Below are positions 16,438 through 24,005 of a DNA stretch of 64,000 bases, one piece after another. The DNA lies in sequence record ON190024.1; one strand, given 5' to 3'. How positions within the stretch are numbered: position 1 is the stretch's first letter; the number at the start of each line of letters is the position of its first letter. A model generated the notes under the pieces. The model was given only the letters and a program-made list of their open reading frames with translations. It ran no database searches and was not told where the DNA came from. The position numbers and the translations under genes were made by a program.

Positions 16438-16677
16438 TGGCGCCGCTCGTGTGAATCGAACACACGTCAAACACAACACCTCGTCCACCCAATTAGAGTT
16501 TCGAAGTAAGAGCTAATCAGCATTTCGGAGCAGTCGAGCGTTATTTCTACGAGTGAGCTTTCGACAACTCACACGCACTTTCTACCCGGTCCCAGTGATT
16601 CGGTACCAACGCAGGTTGCGAACCTACGTCTGCACTAATGCTGGGAAAACACTGCGTATTGTACACCAGTTAGCGGC
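16438..16677 (-). ncRNA. 240-nt RNA with tRNA-like acceptor/T-arm and CCA end
   Basis: 5' GCCGCT pairs with 3' AGCGGC-G-CCA; T-arm CGTGTG-TTCGATT-CACACG; several internal hairpins. Confidence 0.7.
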
Positions 16678-16679
16678 AT

Positions 16680-16910
16680 TTAAAGATAGCTATCAAAGAC
16701 AGCATCATCAACTTCTTCAATATTGATGTCAGCGTAACACTCATTCGCAATTGCTTGAATTTCATCTATTGAAACTGTACCTGCGTACAATACAACAGCG
16801 TCGTTCGGAATCACGACATCACACATGTATTTGTTAAACATTGCAGTTCTGAAATCAGAATCAACAGAGTAACCGTGCATTGATGTGATAACTAGCAATT
16901 TATGTGACAT
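16680..16910 (-). CDS. hypothetical protein
   Basis: 76-aa ORF with GAGG SD under an early promoter. Confidence 0.65.
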   Translation of the reverse strand: MSHKLLVITSMHGYSVDSDFRTAMFNKYMCDVVIPNDAVVLYAGTVSIDEIQAIANECYADINIEEVDDAVFDSYL

Positions 16911-16940
16911 AATGTTTTCCTCGTGTAGTTGATAATGTGT

Positions 16941-16969
16941 ATACTACACGTTGATGAAACGCCTGTCAA
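16941..16969 (-). promoter_or_regulatory. sigma70-type early promoter
   Basis: TTGACA-17 nt-TAGTAT with A-rich upstream element. Confidence 0.8.
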
Positions 16970-16989
16970 CAACTTTTTCAAATTATTTT

Positions 16990-17066
16990 TGGTAGCCCCT
17001 CTCGGATTCGAACCGAGAACCTGACGATTATGAGTCGTCTGCTACTACCGTTACAGCTAAGGGGCT
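16990..17066 (-). tRNA. tRNA-CAT (probably Ile2, lysidine-type)
   Basis: Body resembles enterobacterial tRNA-Ile2 (GCCCCTTAGC...CGACTCATAATCG...GGGGC); CCA. Confidence 0.85.
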
Positions 17067-17433
17067 ATCGTTCTAGAAATCTACCGACTTTAGCAGCGAA
17101 GATGTTTGCTTCTTCTGCAATCAAAGCAGTTGATTTCATTTGATGAAAAGCGTCTTGTTGATGCAGAACATCTAGTTTACCAGCGCATTTCATCAATTCT
17201 TTTACTGATTGCATAATCTCAATGTTATCAAGCTGACTCGTGTCAGGGTGATGATTGAGACTATCCAAGACAGGGAGTACTTGTTGATAGTAACCCATGC
17301 CGATGAAGTTTATCATAAGTCTGTACTGCATTTCAACAGCAAATGTACAATATTTTCGAAGATTGCGTTTTACAATCTCACAGCGATGTAAGATACAATC
17401 AAGTTCGTCATTTATGTCATCAAACTTATTCAT
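17065..17433 (-). CDS. hypothetical protein
   Basis: Start MNKFDD with GAGG SD. Confidence 0.7.
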   Translation of the reverse strand: MNKFDDINDELDCILHRCEIVKRNLRKYCTFAVEMQYRLMINFIGMGYYQQVLPVLDSLNHHPDTSQLDNIEIMQSVKELMKCAGKLDVLHQQDAFHQMKSTALIAEEANIFAAKVGRFLER

Positions 17434-17447
17434 AAAACCTCGAAAAT

Positions 17448-17567
17448 TGGTGGAGAGTGATGGATTTGAACCACCGACCAAAAGATTTACCAGTTAAGGT
17501 TTGCAGCATGAATGCTTGTCAGTATTCTTTAACATTCTTTTGCTCTACCAGACTGAGCTAACTCTCC
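17448..17567 (-). ncRNA. tRNA-shaped RNA with expanded anticodon arm, CCA end
   Basis: GGAGAGT acceptor, D arm, AAAGA/TCTTT stem, insertion with GAATACT-GACA-AGCATTC-ATGCTGCAAAC, T arm, A-CCA. Confidence 0.8.
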
Positions 17568-17572
17568 ATTGT

Positions 17573-17683
17573 ATTACTACTTTGTTTCGCTTGTCAGGGC
17601 GTCGAAACGCTACCTAACCAAGGATTCGAACCTTTTAACCAACACCTCGCGAAAATTATTTTTCTCGTTGGCAAAGTAGTAAT
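17573..17683 (-). ncRNA. candidate ncRNA with 12-bp terminal helix and T-loop hairpin
   Basis: ATTACTACTTTG/CAAAGTAGTAAT; AAGG-TTCGAAT-CCTT; GCGT-TTCG-ACGC. Confidence 0.55.
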
Positions 17684-17690
17684 GTAAAAA

Positions 17691-17828
17691 CATATAGTTG
17701 CGGGTGCAGGATTCGAACCTACATCACGATCTTATGAATGATATGCGAAATTGATTGCCGTACAGATTCTTATCAGAATCAGTTTTGTGCTACGTGTGCT
17801 ACCACTTACACCAACCCGCAACTATATG
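17691..17828 (-). ncRNA. tRNA-shaped RNA with insertion and 15-bp extended acceptor, no CCA
   Basis: CATATAGTTGCGGGT/ACCCGCAACTATATG; insertion GATTCT-GATA-AGAATC-TGTACGGCAATC. Confidence 0.75.
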
Positions 17829-18074
17829 CTTTCGGGATGCTTACGCAGGTTCTTCTCTACGTAAGCACAGATCCTCAATGTATATTTTGCCTTAGCTAAT
17901 CACAACACAACCCAATATCGTGCGCTTTAATTACGGGATTGATGACCCGTTCGCATGTGATTAGCGTAAAAGTATGATTACGCACCTTTTCTTCTTCAAT
18001 GTCCAAGGCAAAGAGGACTATGAATACTAGTGCGAGAAGATATACAATCAAATTGCTCACCTCGCTTAATAAGT

Positions 18075-18221
18075 GAGAGTACATTGGTCGAGTGTAACGG
18101 AATCGAACCGTTCCCACGATCTCCCTATGATATGCGTAAATTGGTTGCTGAATATAATCATGTCTGATTACAGTATGCTACGTGTGCTGCCACTACACCA
18201 ACACTCGACCAATGTACTCTC
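18075..18221 (-). ncRNA. tRNA-shaped RNA with insertion and 21-bp extended acceptor, no CCA
   Basis: GAGAGTACATTGGTCGAGTGT/ACACTCGACCAATGTACTCTC; insertion TAATCA-GACA-TGATTA-TATTCAGCAACC; paralog of 17691-17828. Confidence 0.75.
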
Positions 18222-18222
18222 G

Positions 18223-18374
18223 ATATTTTAAATGTGCGCTACTTGCACGCCGACTGAGCGAATTTTAACTCAGCTAGTTTTTGATTGAGACCTCGTCCGC
18301 TAAGACTATTCCCTGCACGCCAGAACTTATACTGGCTCTATGTATTCATTGCGGCTAACGCACATTTAAAATAT
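18223..18374 (-). ncRNA. candidate ncRNA with 16-bp terminal inverted repeat
   Basis: ATATTTTAAATGTGCG/CGCACATTTAAAATAT enclosing GCCAG/CTGGC and CTGAG/CTCAG hairpins. Confidence 0.55.
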
Positions 18375-18488
18375 TACTCATCTTCAGCGAAGAGACAGAA
18401 ACGATGAGTCTAGTCTGTTTAATCAATGTTGTTCATCTTCAAGAAGAGGCGAGAACGATGAACTTAGCTCGCTTAATCAACTGTGTTA

Positions 18489-18516
18489 ATCTTATCAGCT
18501 TCTCAGCGAAAGTCAA
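18489..18516 (-). promoter_or_regulatory. stable-RNA promoter P2
   Basis: TTGACT-16 nt-TAAGAT. Confidence 0.75.
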
Positions 18517-18581
18517 CATCTTTTTTCAAAGATTTCATCGAGTTGAAAGTTTGTTTTCTGTCTCTCGACTCGATGAAATAC

Positions 18582-18609
18582 ATTCTACATCCTTTTCAGA
18601 TGAAGTCAA
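18582..18609 (-). promoter_or_regulatory. stable-RNA promoter P1
   Basis: TTGACT-16 nt-TAGAAT with AT-rich upstream element. Confidence 0.75.
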
Positions 18610-18625
18610 CAACTATTTTGAATTT

Positions 18626-18889
18626 TTAAACGGAAATGATAATACCGCTTTCAGTCTCGCCTCGTTCAAGCGCAGCGTGCTTGATCTGAAGTTGTGATAC
18701 TGCTTGCTGAAGTTCAATAATAGCTTTGTCATAAAGCTTGTTGTTCTCTTTAAGCAAAGCAATCTGATCGGTCTGCATACCAATGATGTACGTTAGTAGA
18801 ACAACGTTCTCATCAGTAGTCAGTGTTTCAGGCGCTTCATTGTACTTCTTCAGTACCGCTTCGGTAGATAGATCAGTCATTATTAGCAA
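18626..18889 (-). CDS. hypothetical coiled-coil protein
   Basis: 87-aa ORF downstream of 57B. Confidence 0.65.
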   Translation of the reverse strand: MLIMTDLSTEAVLKKYNEAPETLTTDENVVLLTYIIGMQTDQIALLKENNKLYDKAIIELQQAVSQLQIKHAALERGETESGIIISV

Positions 18890-19328
18890 CCCATTCTAGA
18901 TCTAGTGGTTCGATATATTCATCGACAAGGCGAACCTCTGTATTGATGAACATAGGTGTGATTACGTCGTCATAAGACAATGTGACGTGCGGAGTATAGT
19001 CAGGGTAATCGTGAGTACCACCGATAGAGATAAGGTCTTCGTGACGTTCTACAAGAGCAGGACATGACATCTTAGCAACGACCGCGTGTTTACCGTCTTG
19101 CGTTTTCCAACAGTCAACTTGTTCAACAGTGGCAACGAAAGTGGTATCTACAACAGGCACATCAATTTGCTTACGACTATAAAGCACAGTCACGTGAAAT
19201 TTATCTGGATCTAACGGATTTTTTAGACGAAGCGTTTTTTGCAAGCGAACTAGCTCTTGCTTACTTGCTTCGTCTAATTTGATACCAACGTAAGTTCCCT
19301 GACTCTCAAGGAACTTAGATAGTTTCAT
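18873..19328 (-). CDS. 57B: gp57B-like 2H phosphoesterase (Acb1-type anti-CBASS nuclease)
   Basis: Two HxT motifs (FHVTVLYS, PHVTLSY) and syntenic with 57A and gene 1. Confidence 0.85.
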   Translation of the reverse strand: MKLSKFLESQGTYVGIKLDEASKQELVRLQKTLRLKNPLDPDKFHVTVLYSRKQIDVPVVDTTFVATVEQVDCWKTQDGKHAVVAKMSCPALVERHEDLISIGGTHDYPDYTPHVTLSYDDVITPMFINTEVRLVDEYIEPLDLEWVANND

Positions 19329-19594
19329 TATTCAGCTTCTTTCTCTTTTTCGCCGTCGCCTTCTACAGGGCGTTCAGCTTTACCGGTTAGATAAGCGACT
19401 TCATCAACATAGTTCTGTAGAGAACTTGCTTTTTCTTGATCGAAGTCTAGCAGTTGAGCTAGTACACCAACGAATTGACCAAATGAATTGCGTTCAGCTT
19501 GAAGTGCTTCTTGCAAGTCAAATGTACGAACTTTCAGATCTTTGATTTGCGCGTCTTTCTGTTCGATTACTTGTTCTGGAGTTTGTTGTGACAT
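19328..19594 (-). CDS. 57A: gp57A-like tail fibre chaperone
   Basis: Small coiled-coil LKVRTFDLQE in the T4 gene 57A position. Confidence 0.7.
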   Translation of the reverse strand: MSQQTPEQVIEQKDAQIKDLKVRTFDLQEALQAERNSFGQFVGVLAQLLDFDQEKASSLQNYVDEVAYLTGKAERPVEGDGEKEKEAE

Positions 19595-19603
19595 TTCTTC
19601 ACC

Positions 19604-20242
19604 TTAAAATAATTTGTTGATTTGTTCATGTAGTTCTTCAAGAGAACCATTATTGTCTATTTGAATTGCGTCTTCAATAAAACCCAATTCAGTATCGCTA
19701 ACGTGATTAGATGCAAGCGAACCTTCTCGGTTAACTTGAAGCATCGTGCCACCAAGCTCTTGTACCAATTCTAATTCGTTTTGAAAACGAACATCAGTGA
19801 TTATAAACACCAAATCCGGGTTTTTAAACACTAGCTCATTGTATTTATTACGTGCGTAATTGATCCAATGTTGATCATCAAGCGAACGTGCAACGTCAGT
19901 GCCAGTCATTTGCAGTAAATCACGAATGCTGAACAGTTTCGTGTGAGGGAGCAACGTGTAATAGACATAATCATAATCAGCGTCTACATTCGCGTACTCA
20001 CAACAAGTCAAAACAAGTTCAATTGCTTCGTCGAGGGTAAATGTCGGGACTTCTCTATCAAAATTGTTTTGCCCGTCGATGTCTGCATACTCATAGCCAT
20101 ATTCTTTCAATCCAATGTACAAACCCTCTTTAATCGGGTCTGCAAACTTGTAAATGTAAGCATTATCACTATGAATATCTTGAATGGCTTGAGCTACAGT
20201 ATCTTTGCCTGAGCGTTTTTGTCCATTTATTCCTATTATCAT
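19604..20242 (-). CDS. 1: dNMP kinase
   Basis: IIGINGQKRSGKDT P-loop, FADPIK, RDLLQMTGTD, ITDVRFQNE. Confidence 0.92.
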   Translation of the reverse strand: MIIGINGQKRSGKDTVAQAIQDIHSDNAYIYKFADPIKEGLYIGLKEYGYEYADIDGQNNFDREVPTFTLDEAIELVLTCCEYANVDADYDYVYYTLLPHTKLFSIRDLLQMTGTDVARSLDDQHWINYARNKYNELVFKNPDLVFIITDVRFQNELELVQELGGTMLQVNREGSLASNHVSDTELGFIEDAIQIDNNGSLEELHEQINKLF

Positions 20243-20278
20243 AATGAGTTACCAGTCAATAGTGTGTTTCGTCTCTTG

Positions 20279-20308
20279 ATTATACGACGAAAGTGCTATC
20301 TTCTAAAC
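20279..20308 (-). promoter_or_regulatory. early-type promoter for gene 1
   Basis: GTTTAG-18 nt-TATAAT. Confidence 0.65.
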
Positions 20309-20340
20309 ATGCACCAGCCATACTAGTTTCTCTAATATTT

Positions 20341-20385
20341 CTAATATCCCTAACTTCACTAAAACTACTAATACTACTAAGATGA
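20341..20385. repeat. 45-bp TTAG/CTAA-periodic element, copy 1
   Basis: 43/45 identical to the reverse complement of 46388-46432. Confidence 0.9.
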
Positions 20386-20475
20386 TGCCCAATTTTTGGG
20401 CCTCAAATCCAAACCTGCCGCTTCGCTCTAGATTCAGATACAAAAAAAGCCCCGATAGGGGCTTATTGCTTGTGT

Positions 20476-21009
20476 CTAACCCATATAGGGTGTGATGACT
20501 TCTTCTTTGCCATCGACTTTATGGATCATTTCAAAGTACGAGTATTCAAACTCAACATCACACGTTACAGTTTCAACATCACCTGCTTCAGTGTAGTTCC
20601 ATTCAATAGCACTTAGAGACTTTGGAAACGCATTGACAAAGCGATACGTTGCAACAATCTTGTCTTTGTTATTGTCTAAAACATGAAGCAACATAGTAAC
20701 TGGAACAATCCCGTCACTTGTACTAGCACCAGTTGGGTTATTCATAGTGATTAACCACTTGTATAACTCAGCATAAGTACGCATTTCTTCATCGACCAGA
20801 AACTGAATCGACAGGTCATCGTAAGATGTACCAGAACCTGCTACATGGTTGTTAGCTAGTTTGGCATATTTGGGACCTCGTGTAATACTTGCAATTTCCA
20901 TATTAACACCCGGGATAGTGGCAGTTTGAATCTGCCACTGAAACGTTTGTGTTGCGTTGTTATCTGGGATGTCGATTCGGAAATTATTCTTCATCGTCAA
21001 GTTTTTCAT
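20476..21009 (-). CDS. 3: tail tube terminator / tail completion protein
   Basis: gp19-like fold motifs (YDDLSIQFLVDEE, YRFVNAFP, FEYSYF); gene 3 position. Confidence 0.85.
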   Translation of the reverse strand: MKNLTMKNNFRIDIPDNNATQTFQWQIQTATIPGVNMEIASITRGPKYAKLANNHVAGSGTSYDDLSIQFLVDEEMRTYAELYKWLITMNNPTGASTSDGIVPVTMLLHVLDNNKDKIVATYRFVNAFPKSLSAIEWNYTEAGDVETVTCDVEFEYSYFEMIHKVDGKEEVITPYMG

Positions 21010-22979
21010 TAGTTCACGTTACCTCTTGTAGACGGAATCTTAGCTTCACCGCTTGTAGTCAATGGACGAGTGAAGTTGGTTGTATTTTGCACTGAGCTTA
21101 CAGCGTTGTTGACGAAGTTCGTCCCAACTTCTTTTGTTTGCTGTGCTGCTCTGTATGCTGCTTCACGCGCTGCGACAGCTTCTAAGATCACGGAACGTTT
21201 AATCTCTTGGAATGGCTTAATCAACCCTTCTTCAATCATACGTTGTCTCTCAGCAGCAACGATAGCGTCTTCTTGCATTTGCTTCTTCTCAACTTCAGCC
21301 GCTAGGAACTTGTCTAGGGATTCAGTTGAACTTGCTAATGACTCGACAGGTCGTTTGATTGCATCGGCAGCGTTCTTAGCACCGTCTATAACCGCTTGTG
21401 CTGTATTCTTAGCACCGTCTACGATCATATCCCCTGCTTTCCCTAGATAGTCAGTTTGATAGCGTGCATTGAGTCTGTCCTTGACTTCAGCCTTGCTTGC
21501 GTCAATACGCGCTCGGTTGCCTTCGATGTCTGCGCCAGCAATGAACTTCTCCATGCCTTCTGACTTCAGAAAATCAGGTAGTGCATTTAATGCATTCACG
21601 ACGAACTCTTTAACGTTTAACATTAGGTCATCTATTGCTAACATAAGAAGTCTGAATGAGTCAGGAATTGATAGCCAACTTGCAATGATCTTATTAACCG
21701 CATTGACATACATTTGAAACGCACTTCTAACGAAAGAAGTTACTTTCTCGAAGCCAGATACGATTCCCTCAACTGCGCCTTCTGGTACAGCGTCTTTGAT
21801 GTTTTCACCAACGATTCCAAACCATTCACCAATCCCTCGAACCATATCCGTGAACCAGTTCGAGATTATACTGAATAGCATTGCTCGTTTTTCGGGGTCG
21901 CTAAAAATGTTCTTCAGTGCGGCGAAGATTCTGTCTAGCTCTTCTTCGAAGATTTTGTAAATACCATAACCTGCAACCATTGCAACTAGAGCCGCTGGGT
22001 TTAGCATTATCGCAACCATTCTACCTAGACCTAAGAATAATTGACGAACAACAGTCCACATCCACCCTTTTATGGTGCCGCTCATATCAGTAGCAAGAGC
22101 TTGAACTATATTACCTGTTCCTTTACTAAACTTACCGAACCCTAGAAGAATGTTAGATGCGATTTTACCGAGCGTTCCGAATTTCGTTGCAGTCGAAGCA
22201 GCCATTGCCATTGATGTACTGAATGTTACCAATTGACCGCCTAACATTACTAACCCAACACCGACAAGTCTGAATAATTTAGCAATCCAGCCTAGTTTTT
22301 CACCAGCAAGGTGATTCGCGATACGTCGCAGATCACTAGCTTGATTGCGCTGAACTTTCATATTCTCTTTGTAGCGTAGTTGTTCAGTCTTACGATTGCG
22401 AGTTTCGGTAACGACTTGATACGCGAAAATTTTCTTGTACAATGCGCTTATAAAGCCCACAGTCAACGGAGCGTTGTTACCCGCACCGTTCTGTAGGAAA
22501 CTGTTTAAATCGTCGGCAGCCGTCTTCTGAAGCCCTATAACTCGCTTCATGTCGTTGACTCTAAAGATCAGACGTTCAAACCAACGATTAAAGCCCTCCT
22601 GCATACGTGCGAACTGCATTTTTGCAGTTAAGCGCATTTCTTGAATGCCACGATCAATACGAGACAAATGTCCTTTAAAGTCAAGAGTAGTCTTGATAAT
22701 ATCCGTTAGTGATATAATCGAAGCACGAACTTTATTGGAAGTTTGCTCAAAGTTTTCGATAACGCGCTGAAACAGATTCTTTTGCTGCGCCACCGCCTTT
22801 TCGTTTGTTTTAAACACCGACTGCATAGTTTCGAGCATAGACGTGGTCGTAATATCAATGTTGTTGATATGACGAGCGACACGCTGCATCGTATAAACTT
22901 CAGGTCGGTCTTCTTGTTGGAGAATGATATGATCTAATCTTCCGATTATCTCATTCATTTTCTTGTCGTCAGCCGCCAT
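21009..22979 (-). CDS. 29: baseplate hub / tape measure protein (gp29-like)
   Basis: 656 aa, helical with hydrophobic segments, downstream of 26/51. Confidence 0.65.
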   Translation of the reverse strand: MAADDKKMNEIIGRLDHIILQQEDRPEVYTMQRVARHINNIDITTTSMLETMQSVFKTNEKAVAQQKNLFQRVIENFEQTSNKVRASIISLTDIIKTTLDFKGHLSRIDRGIQEMRLTAKMQFARMQEGFNRWFERLIFRVNDMKRVIGLQKTAADDLNSFLQNGAGNNAPLTVGFISALYKKIFAYQVVTETRNRKTEQLRYKENMKVQRNQASDLRRIANHLAGEKLGWIAKLFRLVGVGLVMLGGQLVTFSTSMAMAASTATKFGTLGKIASNILLGFGKFSKGTGNIVQALATDMSGTIKGWMWTVVRQLFLGLGRMVAIMLNPAALVAMVAGYGIYKIFEEELDRIFAALKNIFSDPEKRAMLFSIISNWFTDMVRGIGEWFGIVGENIKDAVPEGAVEGIVSGFEKVTSFVRSAFQMYVNAVNKIIASWLSIPDSFRLLMLAIDDLMLNVKEFVVNALNALPDFLKSEGMEKFIAGADIEGNRARIDASKAEVKDRLNARYQTDYLGKAGDMIVDGAKNTAQAVIDGAKNAADAIKRPVESLASSTESLDKFLAAEVEKKQMQEDAIVAAERQRMIEEGLIKPFQEIKRSVILEAVAAREAAYRAAQQTKEVGTNFVNNAVSSVQNTTNFTRPLTTSGEAKIPSTRGNVN

Positions 22980-23146
22980 TATTGTTGTTCCTTATTCTTT
23001 TCTTGAATGTAATGTATAAGCTGTGCGGCATAGATTTCACGCTCGAATAGAACCATCGTTTCTAAGTCGTGAAGAGAAAAATTGCCATGAGTGATCATGG
23101 CAAAGTTTTCCTTGTAATACTCTTCAAGTGAGTATCTACCGAGCAT
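22979..23146 (-). CDS. 51: baseplate hub assembly catalyst (gp51-like), 55 aa
   Basis: Manual translation MLGRYSLEEYYKENFAMITHGNFSLHDLETMVLFEREIYAAQLIHYIQEKNKEQQ; overlapping stop/start on both sides. Confidence 0.75.
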   Translation of the reverse strand: MLGRYSLEEYYKENFAMITHGNFSLHDLETMVLFEREIYAAQLIHYIQEKNKEQQ

Positions 23147-23994
23147 TATACGAAAAAATCTTCGATGCCTCTTAGCGTAACTTTCTCGTGATTACCACAC
23201 TTAGGACATTTCACGTCAACGTATGTCGTGATGCGTGGAACTGAATCGACGAATGTCTGAACTTTTTTGAATGCTGCCGTATCAAGTTCGCCCATGATGT
23301 TCACAAGCTGCCCTTGCTCTTCAAGTTCTTCTTTGGTGTAAACAGTATCACCAACATGAACTTCTTTAATTGATTCAACCGCAATATTGAACAGACCTTG
23401 TGGTGTATTCGGGTCGTTGTTCTCATACACTCGAATTGTCGGGTGTTGGAGTTTGATAACAACTTTTGGGTTGACTCGAACTGTATCTTCACCTGTAAAT
23501 TCAGGCACGAATGCAGCTTTCAAGTCGATGTTGGTTCTGATACGCTCACCGCATAAGTGCTTCTCAGGTGCAAACACTGCTTCAATCGCTTCTTCGTTTG
23601 ATTGATTCATAATCTCGGCAAAAATATCATCAGCAGATTTAGCCAGTTCAGCCTCTTCTTCTTCAGAAAGCTTTTGAAGTTCTTCTTCGGACTTCGGAGC
23701 ACAGCAGTTGTATTCTGCTTGAATGTTAGTCACACCGTTACTGTTCATATACATATGCAGAAACAGATACTCAGAGTCACCAACCGTCAGGTCATCCATT
23801 TTGATGTCAGATACAATGCAGTTTTCAAGACACTGTTCGATTGCGTCAATCTTCTCATCAGATTCATTTGCGATAAGCAATGCTTTATGCTCTTTTGCAA
23901 GCATTGCACGCAGTTTAATTTCTTCACCAGTTGATGGTAGTTTTACAGTATATTGTGGCGCAGCAAGTACGCTAATATCAAATGCTTTAGTCAT
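23146..23994 (-). CDS. 26: baseplate hub subunit gp26
   Basis: YTVKLPSTGEEIKLRAMLAKEHKALLIA and C-terminal CPKCG...GIEDFF. Confidence 0.88.
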   Translation of the reverse strand: MTKAFDISVLAAPQYTVKLPSTGEEIKLRAMLAKEHKALLIANESDEKIDAIEQCLENCIVSDIKMDDLTVGDSEYLFLHMYMNSNGVTNIQAEYNCCAPKSEEELQKLSEEEEAELAKSADDIFAEIMNQSNEEAIEAVFAPEKHLCGERIRTNIDLKAAFVPEFTGEDTVRVNPKVVIKLQHPTIRVYENNDPNTPQGLFNIAVESIKEVHVGDTVYTKEELEEQGQLVNIMGELDTAAFKKVQTFVDSVPRITTYVDVKCPKCGNHEKVTLRGIEDFFV

Positions 23995-24005
23995 GATGTT
24001 TTACC

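Noticed and set aside
16438-16677. tmRNA
   Set aside because: No G3:U70 alanine identity, G discriminator, and shorter than typical tmRNA; kept only as an unknown tRNA-ended RNA.
17896-18117. 73-aa ORF as annotated
   Set aside because: Its start lies within the tRNA-like RNA 18075-18221. A shorter hydrophobic ORF may exist, but the start cannot be fixed.
9400-18250. ORF-track ORFs overlapping tRNAs/ncRNAs (e.g. 9467-9679, 10113-10328, 13713-13913, 14326-14562, 11613-11873)
   Set aside because: They are translations of structured RNA genes on either strand, with no SD and no plausible protein.
20341-20385. CRISPR-like or telomere-like repeat array
   Set aside because: No spacer structure; short degenerate TTAG periodicity in only two copies.
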